From IMG/VR virus record IMGVR_UViG_3300029825_000007, positions 1 through 64,000 of that record: a stretch of DNA of 64,000 nt, one strand, 5' to 3'. The stretch comes from a virus. The stretch's first letter is position 1; every line of letters begins with the position of its first letter. Shown here one piece after another: positions 25,397 to 32,683 of this stretch. The notes beneath the pieces are model-generated. The model saw only the letters and a list, made by a program, of their open reading frames with translations, had not been told where the DNA came from and did no database searches. A program made the translations under genes and the position numbers.

Positions 25397-26330
25397 TTAT
25401 TACAAACATGATTAACGTTTCCGCTTATTCCCTATAGATTCAATCATATTCGATCACAGTGATGACAAGTCTGAACTTTCGGGAGCTACCCTAGGCTTCT
25501 TGCCACGGTCGAGCACTGGGAGGATTGACTACCTCCAAATTTCACGCATCATTCAGATTATATGTTTTCCATCATATGGTATTTGCTGATTGCGCTACTT
25601 TAACATTCCGACTTGTGTTATACTCGCATTTCTGCGATTCACAGCAAAAATAATGGCTTATTGGAAATTCCTGTCTAGTCCGTAGTCTTCCGCACCACTC
25701 ACATCAACAGGTTATTCTTCCACAGGAAGCGTCTATTGTGCCACCCACAAGGGAACTATCTTTGATTACTCTATAATGATACACTGCATGATTTTGTTGT
25801 CGGATTCCCGGCTTCTGTCTGACATTCGCATATCAGTCAAAGAATCATCAAGCAAGTATCCCAACTTGACTTTTCTCAATTCCATACATCTCGGAGTGGA
25901 TGTTACCCATTTATGCACCGAGGTAATCATGTTTGTAAAAAGAACAGTAGGGTTTGAACCTACAACTCACTGCGACTTACATTTATCAACCGATATGCAC
26001 AGTGTGTCTAACTCCTCTATGAGTTATGTTCCTTTGATTCCGGGCTATGTGGATTTTATATCGCTGCTTGCGGGATGAATAGTTACGCTGATGCAACGCC
26101 CGGATATTGTATCAGAAATTCCTACCGGACCTTGTGACGGTCCTTTAATCAGCATTCCGCTAGTAGGGAAAGGAGGTCTTCTAAATGAACACCGCATAAT
26201 CTATCACTGCAATTCACGGTATGTAGAAACTAGAAGATGTGAATGTGATAGAAAGTAGTGAGTAGTGGAATTGCACCACCTTTAACTACGTCTCACTAAA
26301 ATTTAAATCCAGATTAGAATTGAGTTTATA
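25397..26330 (-). ncRNA. Candidate large structured non-coding RNA region (ROOL/GOLLD-like context); strand and ends uncertain
   Basis: No plausible ORF on the gene strand for about 1.36 kb in a dense genome; many clean hairpins (ggagg/cctcc, cttcc/ggaag, ctcgg/ccgag, ccgggc/gcccgg, ggacc/ggtcc); flanked by tRNA genes. Confidence 0.3.
25940..26033 (-). tRNA. Aberrant tRNA-like element (94 nt) with no foldable anticodon arm
   Basis: Acceptor AGGAACA/TGTTCTT; D arm ACTC..GAGT; T arm GTAGG-TTCAAAC-CCTAC. No register of the central 46 nt gives a 5-bp stem with a 7-nt loop. Confidence 0.3.
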
Positions 26331-26463
26331 AAAAACATTGTCATTATTCCTGACATAACTCTTTGTGTATCACCTGCGGCACCACGATTTCCTGATGATA
26401 TTAGAGCCATAAGGAATATATTTAACGCTGTTATTATTGCTTTTATTGGAATTAGAATCATCA

Positions 26464-27024
26464 TTATATTAAACTCTCTTCTCTTAATTTCCTGTCTAAT
26501 GTTGACCTTGTTATGCCTAATTTTTTGGCAAGCAATGTCTTTGTCATATGCCCATTTTTATAAGCTTCATATCCTGACTTTAAATCATCAATGCTTATAT
26601 CTTTAAATCTTCCATTATACTTTCCACTGGATTTTGCAATCTCAATTCCTTCGCGCTGTCGTTCCAACATGTTTACACGTTCAAATTCATTAATCGCACC
26701 AATCATTGTAAGCATTAATTTTCCAGTAGCCGTTGATGTATCAATGTTTTCCTTGTTGCTTACCAGATGAATGCCACGATTATTCAATGTTTCAACAATA
26801 TCAAGTAAATCTTTTGTGCTTCTCGCAAGTCTTGAAAAATCATGAATATAAATCACATCACCAGGTTCTGATTCTTCCATCATTTTCTTAAACTCTGGTC
26901 TATCTGTGTTCTTACCTGATATTTTTTCTTGATACCAAACATCAATATTATGTTGCTCTAATTCTTTAATCTGTCTCGCTTCATTCTGCTCTATCGTTGA
27001 TACTCTTACGTATGCTCTGTTCAT
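26464..27024 (-). CDS. Small serine recombinase (resolvase/invertase family)
   Basis: AYVRVSTIEQ (catalytic Ser), DRLARS-type motif FSRLARS, C-terminal HTH LAKKLGITRSTLDRKL; 186 aa. Confidence 0.85.
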   Translation of the reverse strand: MNRAYVRVSTIEQNEARQIKELEQHNIDVWYQEKISGKNTDRPEFKKMMEESEPGDVIYIHDFSRLARSTKDLLDIVETLNNRGIHLVSNKENIDTSTATGKLMLTMIGAINEFERVNMLERQREGIEIAKSSGKYNGRFKDISIDDLKSGYEAYKNGHMTKTLLAKKLGITRSTLDRKLREESLI

Positions 27025-27154
27025 AGCTGTTCCCCTCTTTTTTGTGATCTATAGGTATTATATCTTATAGGTCGTAATATGTCAAGATGTTATTGCTTAT
27101 AAATAGTAATTATGTTAAAATAACAATCAGCACCATAGGAGGTGGCTATATTAC

Positions 27155-27355
27155 ATGAGAATACGATTAAAACAAATTCTTGATCAACAGGGGAAAACAC
27201 GGAACTGGTTATCTGTTCAAACTGGCATCAGCTACAATGCTATCCATCAATTATACGAGGAACGGACAACCAAAGTTGAGTTTGATACTATTGAGAAAAT
27301 ATGCAAGGCACTTCAATGTACACCAAACGATATTTTTGAATTAGAGGACAATTAA
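27155..27355 (+). CDS. XRE-family HTH protein
   Basis: 66 aa; QQGKTRNWLSVQTGISYNAIHQL HTH; divergent from the serine recombinase. Confidence 0.7.
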   Translation: MRIRLKQILDQQGKTRNWLSVQTGISYNAIHQLYEERTTKVEFDTIEKICKALQCTPNDIFELEDN

Positions 27356-27372
27356 GTCCTCTTTTTGTTTTT

Positions 27373-27786
27373 TTAAAATTTTTCGAAATAGCTATATGGC
27401 AAATCGTACTTTGTCGCAAGCAACATATTGACAACACTACCTATGTCAGCACGTGTAGTAACTACATTCCGCTGACAGCACATATATGACAGAATAGCAT
27501 GAAGCATATCGTATTCATTGAATTCATCCATATCAAATGTATACATCATGGAAAGATCTATCCCTAGTTTTTCACTCCAGTATTTTGTGCATCTATCTAA
27601 CTGTTTCTGAGAATGGAATACTTTTATTGGCTCTTCACTGACCTTATCAAAATCCAGTTCACATGTCCCAACATCATATTTGAAATAATCATGTCTATCA
27701 TTCTCACTCATACATTGTCTACATGGATAATTAATTTCTGAAACATCTGCATTTATACATGTTGCACATAAATCAGGTTTACACAT
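27373..27786 (-). CDS. Hypothetical Cys-rich protein
   Basis: 137-aa ORF, N-terminal CxxC...CxxC. Confidence 0.4.
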   Translation of the reverse strand: MCKPDLCATCINADVSEINYPCRQCMSENDRHDYFKYDVGTCELDFDKVSEEPIKVFHSQKQLDRCTKYWSEKLGIDLSMMYTFDMDEFNEYDMLHAILSYMCCQRNVVTTRADIGSVVNMLLATKYDLPYSYFEKF

Positions 27787-27788
27787 AT

Positions 27789-28058
27789 TTACTCCTTATC
27801 CGGGACATGCTTATTCTCCCACTTTTTATATGCATCAATATAAGTTTCATGTTTATCGCCATTATATGTAACCTCATAGTACATACCGTCGCTTATTGTA
27901 GTGCTTAATAATGCTTTCCAGTTCTGTAGAGTTTTACAGAACCAAACAACAAATACATCATCAGTATCTAATTCAAAATTGTCTGTCCGGTCACAACGGC
28001 CATTAAAATAGTCAATAACCAGACCTTTTGCTTTGTCTAACATGTCATCACTATGCAT
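27789..28058 (-). CDS. Hypothetical protein
   Basis: 89-aa ORF, tightly packed with its neighbours. Confidence 0.4.
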   Translation of the reverse strand: MHSDDMLDKAKGLVIDYFNGRCDRTDNFELDTDDVFVVWFCKTLQNWKALLSTTISDGMYYEVTYNGDKHETYIDAYKKWENKHVPDKE

Positions 28059-28354
28059 TACTTATCTCCTTTTATACTTCTCCATCTTCTATTACCTTTG
28101 CTTTTATCAATTGAGTAATCCTTTGATAGCACATAGCCTTTTAACTTATCAGCTGAAATACGATACACTGGAACCTCATGTCGCGTAACTTCAATGGTGA
28201 CATTTGTGGCTAACACAGAACCATCCGGCAATACTGAAATGACTTTATAATCTCCATCTTTTTCATGCAGGCGGCGCAAGAGATCATCCCTGTAATATTC
28301 ATTTCTCTTGATAATATCGTTTACTTTGAATTTGCTTTTATTAAATAGTTTCAT
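28058..28354 (-). CDS. Hypothetical protein
   Basis: 98-aa ORF with AAGGAG RBS. Confidence 0.4.
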   Translation of the reverse strand: MKLFNKSKFKVNDIIKRNEYYRDDLLRRLHEKDGDYKVISVLPDGSVLATNVTIEVTRHEVPVYRISADKLKGYVLSKDYSIDKSKGNRRWRSIKGDK

Positions 28355-28579
28355 TGCTTATCTCCTTTTTTATAAAAAATTTCCTCGGTGGGGCGAGATG
28401 GTCACAAGACCATGCCCCCTACAGACCCCCTAACCGGGTTAATTGCGACACAAGATAAATATTGATTTTTTTCGTTGTGATTATGCACAAAAAATATGCA
28501 AATTGCTGATTGTCTGATAGGCTATGCTCTACGTTACAATTACAATTGCATACAATAACGGCATATTATCAGACTATTG

Positions 28580-29182
28580 TTAAAAATCCGGCTCAATATC
28601 GCTGTCCTTGCTCTTATCCTGTGCAATTTCTGCGATCTCTTGATCGGACAACTGCGGTTGCTGTGCATTGCTAACCTCTATGCGCTGTGGTGTCTCTACC
28701 CATCCGTAGTTAGCTTTTAGGGCAAATATACATCCGATACTGTTTTTTTCGGTCGCTCCATCTGCTAGGCTGGACTCGCATTCGCGTTGCCATTTTCTGA
28801 CCGTTCGAGAGTGTTCTGACTGGGTTCCTTGCCCGTTTGACCGATATTCTCCGGTTGCCCATGTGGTAAAAGTATCGTTGCTAATCCCCACTAAAAGACT
28901 AAAGTTAAGTAGTGTAGGTCTTTTACCAAATGAATAACACATATCTGTATATATATCCCATATATTATCTAACAATTTAATATTACTAGTATCTATTTTG
29001 TTATATTTAAACACATGTCTATATATATACTTACACATACCAGTAAATAAAGAACCATTATTATATATATCATCTCTATCTCTTAAAGTATCTCTATACT
29101 CATCACTGTACTGTATTATTTTATTATTATATATCTCTATTGTATTACCATTATTATCTTTAGACTTTATTGTATTAGACAT
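28580..29182 (-). CDS. terS: Terminase small subunit
   Basis: GISNDTFTTWATGEY...SRTVRKWQRECESSLADGATEKNSIGCIFALKANYGW matches the TerS HTH + oligomerisation pattern; first gene of the late operon. Confidence 0.65.
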   Translation of the reverse strand: MSNTIKSKDNNGNTIEIYNNKIIQYSDEYRDTLRDRDDIYNNGSLFTGMCKYIYRHVFKYNKIDTSNIKLLDNIWDIYTDMCYSFGKRPTLLNFSLLVGISNDTFTTWATGEYRSNGQGTQSEHSRTVRKWQRECESSLADGATEKNSIGCIFALKANYGWVETPQRIEVSNAQQPQLSDQEIAEIAQDKSKDSDIEPDF

Positions 29183-29552
29183 TTATATACCTCATTTATA
29201 TATTTACTGTATTTATATATTATTACTTTATTTATCTTGTTTATATATACAATACATAAATATAAAAAAATTACCTGTAAACTGTATATATATTAACTAT
29301 ATACTGGTCTCAGGTATTATTGTACTGCTCTGTTTATTGGATTAATTATTATTATACCACAATATCTAGTACTAGTCTAGTCTTAAACACAAGATATTGT
29401 AAATTGTTTTGTGATTGATAAATATAAAAGTGATGTATATTTATAACGCTCTTAAATACGTCTAAAATCCATTTTAAACATTCAGGCAAACAAGTATCCA
29501 CTATGCATATTATAATTGCAAATAGATATCAAATAGACGCATACAGGCATGA

Positions 29553-29737
29553 ATGATCTGATTGCGATAGATGTACATGTAAAAATAACCTGCCTGCCAG
29601 ATCATGTGCGCTTTTGCACTTTAGTGTAGTGACGTGTCGCCGCGTACATCCAGCTACAGCGGGCAAAGCCCGGTCAACATGGTAGGCGGAAGCCGGTAGG
29701 AGGTGCGGTTTTAGCATCTGCTAAGATGCGTTGCACC
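29553..29737. other. GC-rich structured island in the terS-upstream non-coding region
   Basis: Hairpins: atgatctg/cagatcat (29553-29605), gtgcg-cttt-tgcac (29606-29619), cgggc-aaa-gcccg (29660-29672), ggtgc...gcacc with inner gcatc/gatgc (29702-29737). Confidence 0.4.
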
Positions 29738-30076
29738 GTAACCCGATAACCTACAGCAGCCATGGTCTTAATCTTTTAATCCCTTTGGGTTTGATGTCTT
29801 TAGGTTTTGTGTTTTACGTCTTTTATCTTCTACCCCCCCCTATTTGCAGAAAAAGAAAAGAACCAAAAGAAAAAGATTTTATTTATAAAACCTTTATTAT
29901 TATATATTATATATATTCTTTTATAATCTTTTATTTTACTCTTTATATCTCTTCTCTTTATGTTACTTTCTCTTCTCTCTTTTTCTCTTTTGTTTTTCTA
30001 TGTCCTTTTCTTAACTTTTTACTTTGTGCAAATATGCCAAATTTAATGCTATAAATTTGTGTAAAATTAATCTAGA

Positions 30077-30122
30077 ATATTTGTAAATAACCCTTGAAAC
30101 ATATTTGCAAATATGCTATGCT
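30077..30122 (+). promoter_or_regulatory. Early promoter P1 with palindromic operator ATATTTGCAAATAT in the spacer
   Basis: TTGAAA 30094-30099, 17-nt spacer, TATGCT 30117-30122; second operator-like copy at 30077-30090. Confidence 0.55.
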
Positions 30123-30172
30123 ATATACATAGCAAGGGAACAACAAAACCAAAAAAACGGAGGACAAACAAA

Positions 30173-30577
30173 ATGAAAAAAAATATAAGCATTGAAGAAA
30201 TCAAGAATGTAGTTGAAAATACAATCTTCGACTCTTATGGAATCAGGATTGACGAATGTAAGTATGAAGTGGGAGATATTGCTAATAACTCCCACGAACT
30301 TTATCAAGACCCAGATTTTGACGAGGACGGCAACCTTCTTTTTCCAGAAGGTGAAGGCATCTATGAAGGTTTTTATGATGCCGGAGAAATTGACGGAACC
30401 TGTACCATCGGTTTCGACCCCGAGGATGACGAAAGCATCCAAACGGCAATAGATCGTGTCCGCATCTACTGGGGGAAACATGTAACTGTTGTCGGCGGTG
30501 ATGGTTATGGATGGGGAAATGACCCCGGTGAGTTAATTATCTCCAATGCGGAGGTATTAGCAGTAATTGAAAAATAA
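30173..30577 (+). CDS. Acidic early protein (paralogue of 31417..31833)
   Basis: GGAGG RBS; shared motifs GIR, FPE, DGxC, DxGExI, AxVL. Confidence 0.5.
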   Translation: MKKNISIEEIKNVVENTIFDSYGIRIDECKYEVGDIANNSHELYQDPDFDEDGNLLFPEGEGIYEGFYDAGEIDGTCTIGFDPEDDESIQTAIDRVRIYWGKHVTVVGGDGYGWGNDPGELIISNAEVLAVIEK

Positions 30578-30604
30578 AAAAGTCAAAAAAGTTGTAACAT
30601 ATGC

Positions 30605-30633
30605 TTGACGAATATTTGTAAATATGCTATGAT
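30605..30633 (+). promoter_or_regulatory. Early promoter P2 with operator ATATTTGTAAATAT
   Basis: TTGACG, 17-nt spacer aatatttgtaaatatgc, TATGAT. Confidence 0.55.
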
Positions 30634-30672
30634 AATATCAGATAAAGAACAGAAAGCAAGGAGGAAACAAAA

Positions 30673-30954
30673 ATGAAAAAAATCAACGATGAAAACATTG
30701 AGGAATTGCATACGATTATAGATAGCCTTGAAAAAAACGAACTCGTAGAAATTGACACCATGTATATAGGAGGGAAAGAAAAAAATAAAGTCAGTGAATT
30801 AATTTCATCCCGAGTTATTGTTCCAGTTGATGATGATCTTAAATTTGTAAAACCAGAGCTTTTGTACAGGTATTTTACAGGAGATATAATTATGACTGGT
30901 AAACACTTATATAAAAAGCTAAGACCGTGGGAATATAGATTCGTAGAAAAGTAA
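30673..30954 (+). CDS. Hypothetical early protein
   Basis: 93 aa, AAGGAGG RBS. Confidence 0.45.
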   Translation: MKKINDENIEELHTIIDSLEKNELVEIDTMYIGGKEKNKVSELISSRVIVPVDDDLKFVKPELLYRYFTGDIIMTGKHLYKKLRPWEYRFVEK

Positions 30955-31025
30955 TCCGCCCGGAGGTTACGAGGGCAAGAAACATAGATATGAAAATTAT
31001 AGCCGGGATAATCTCCCGGCTCTTT

Positions 31026-31238
31026 TTACTGCTCTTCTGCTCCGTTCATGCGTGCAATTTCTTTGTCTACGCACATTTCCACAAACTTTGATCTACTCAT
31101 CCCTCTTAGCTTCGCAGCAGTGTTCCACTGCTCCGCTTTACCGGATAGTTTATCTACTGTAACCACTACCCGATCGTATTTTTCCCTTTGAAATTTATTT
31201 TGATATTTGTATTGCGTTTCCGCATCTTTGTAAGCCAC
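31026..31238 (-). CDS. RHH-type (CopG/Arc-like) repressor candidate, GTG start
   Basis: 70 aa; KYDRVVVTVDKLSGKAEQWNTAAKLRGMSRSKFVEMCV is a strand-helix-helix pattern; the only minus-strand gene among the operator-bearing promoters. Confidence 0.5.
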   Translation of the reverse strand: MAYKDAETQYKYQNKFQREKYDRVVVTVDKLSGKAEQWNTAAKLRGMSRSKFVEMCVDKEIARMNGAEEQ

Positions 31239-31267
31239 GCTGTCACTTCCTTTTTTATCTATCTAAT

Positions 31268-31308
31268 ATATTTACAAATATTCTATCATATAAATTCATC
31301 CCTGTCAA
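31268..31308 (-). promoter_or_regulatory. Promoter of the RHH gene, with an operator at the start site
   Basis: Minus strand TTGACA (31303-31308), 17-nt spacer, TAGAAT (31280-31285), then ATATTTGTAAATAT (31268-31281). Confidence 0.5.
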
Positions 31309-31327
31309 ATTTAAAGATAAAAAGTCA

Positions 31328-31375
31328 ATATATTTGTAAATAACCCTTGACGAATATTTACAAATATGCTATAAT
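31328..31375 (+). promoter_or_regulatory. Early promoter P3 with operator ATATTTACAAATAT
   Basis: TTGACG 31347-31352, 17-nt spacer, TATAAT 31370-31375; upstream extra copy at 31328-31343. Confidence 0.6.
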
Positions 31376-31416
31376 AAAGATAGTTAAAGAAGAGATAAAA
31401 AACAGGAGGTCACAAA

Positions 31417-31833
31417 ATGACAAGAACAGGAATGATTAAAAAAATTGAGAAGGCAATTGAAAAATACGAATTTGAATATTCAAATCTCGGTATCAGATTT
31501 GAAAATAAAGAAAGGACCATAGGCGAAGAAATTGAGGACTACTCAAAATCTAACGCTGATAGAGATGATGAAAGAGAATTTCCAGAATATGGGTCCGAAG
31601 AATATGAAGAAATGGATGAACTCGATGGAGTATGTGCCTACTATATTGACACATACAGAGATGATGTGGATTTAGGATTTAACGATCCCAAAAGAGAAAA
31701 TGACATAGAAAGATTTTATGAAGCTAATCACTGCTACATTTTAGGATGTGATCGCGTATCTAGTAACATGTATGCAGAGGATGAGGGAGAAATAATTATG
31801 GAGGATGCAAAGGTCCTTGACATAATTTTTTAA
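31417..31833 (+). CDS. Acidic early protein (paralogue of 30173..30577)
   Basis: 138 aa, very D/E-rich; AGGAGG RBS. Confidence 0.5.
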   Translation: MTRTGMIKKIEKAIEKYEFEYSNLGIRFENKERTIGEEIEDYSKSNADRDDEREFPEYGSEEYEEMDELDGVCAYYIDTYRDDVDLGFNDPKRENDIERFYEANHCYILGCDRVSSNMYAEDEGEIIMEDAKVLDIIF

Positions 31834-31855
31834 AAAACAAATAGTAAATAAGTGT

Positions 31856-31884
31856 TGACGGTTCACACTATGTGTGATATAATG
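31856..31884 (+). promoter_or_regulatory. Promoter P4 (no palindromic operator)
   Basis: TTGACG, 17-nt spacer, TATAAT. Confidence 0.5.
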
Positions 31885-31916
31885 TATTTAGATCAAGAGA
31901 TGAGGAGAAAGGTGTT

Positions 31917-32222
31917 ATGAAGATTATTAGCAGTCAGAAATTCATCAACTACGACATCGTTGATGAGAAAATTGAAAAATATAATAATCGGAAAAGCATT
32001 ACCCTCCCGATTATTGATGCCGGGATAACTGACCTCGATGGGAATGATTTATTTATCCTCATTGACGGACACCATTCAAAAATTGCAGCGGAAGAATTGG
32101 GGATTGAAATCTCATACGAAGAAGTCCCCAATGAGTACGGATTAGTAGGTGACGATTTGTTGATAGCCGCCCACGTGGACAGCGATTGGTACTACGTTGA
32201 CAGTGGGCAACCCGTCTGGTAG
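31917..32222 (+). CDS. ParB/sulfiredoxin-like domain protein
   Basis: FILIDGHHSKIAAEELGIEI resembles the ParB N-terminal DGHHR segment. Confidence 0.4.
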   Translation: MKIISSQKFINYDIVDEKIEKYNNRKSITLPIIDAGITDLDGNDLFILIDGHHSKIAAEELGIEISYEEVPNEYGLVGDDLLIAAHVDSDWYYVDSGQPVW

Positions 32223-32306
32223 TTATTTGCTCCCGGCGGTAAAGCGTAGCATCAAAGCGACCGGGTACCTGGCGAAAGCCAAAATAAAAAACAGGAGGAA
32301 TTTAAG

Positions 32307-32576
32307 ATGAAAGCAAAAATTTTAGAAACAGGGGAAATCGTAGAACTGCCAAAAATCGCTATTGAAAACGATGATTTGGTACAGGGGAATGTAACCAAGG
32401 TCGATAACTCTGATTACAACATCGAAATGCCACAAGCCGATTATAACTGGTGGCAGAAAGTCCAGAAAGGTGTTGATATCGCCGAATCTAACCCAGCTGT
32501 GTACGATACCACAGACTATACGTATGAGGATTACCTTATGATCGTAGATGATTTCTCCTCGGATGATGACATCTAA
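32307..32576 (+). CDS. Small acidic protein
   Basis: 89 aa, ends DDFSSDDDI. Confidence 0.45.
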   Translation: MKAKILETGEIVELPKIAIENDDLVQGNVTKVDNSDYNIEMPQADYNWWQKVQKGVDIAESNPAVYDTTDYTYEDYLMIVDDFSSDDDI

Positions 32577-32683
32577 AATCAAAGGGGCAGTACCAACTAA
32601 AGCACCTGCCCCCAATAGCAACCCAATAACAGGTCACTGTTACAGTATAGCAGTGATCTCCATCAAAAACAAGGAGAACAAAA

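Noticed and set aside
25776-26078. 100-aa plus-strand ORF in the RNA region
   Set aside because: It overlaps the tRNA-like element on the opposite strand, has no RBS, and lies in a hairpin-rich region.
26285-26300. Fourth tRNA at about 26250-26300 (ggtgg-tgcaatt-ccact)
   Set aside because: It forms only an acceptor-like stem plus one hairpin (about 45 nt) and has no D or anticodon arms. I counted it as part of the structured region.
28900-29460. CRISPR array in the repetitive AT-rich DNA
   Set aside because: There is no regular repeat-spacer periodicity, only irregular TATA-type runs that continue into the terS coding sequence.
29731-30054. 107-aa plus-strand ORF
   Set aside because: It is a translation of the polypyrimidine / AT-repeat tract (FIIFYFTLYISSLYVTFSSLFFSF) and has no RBS. 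I treated the region as non-coding.
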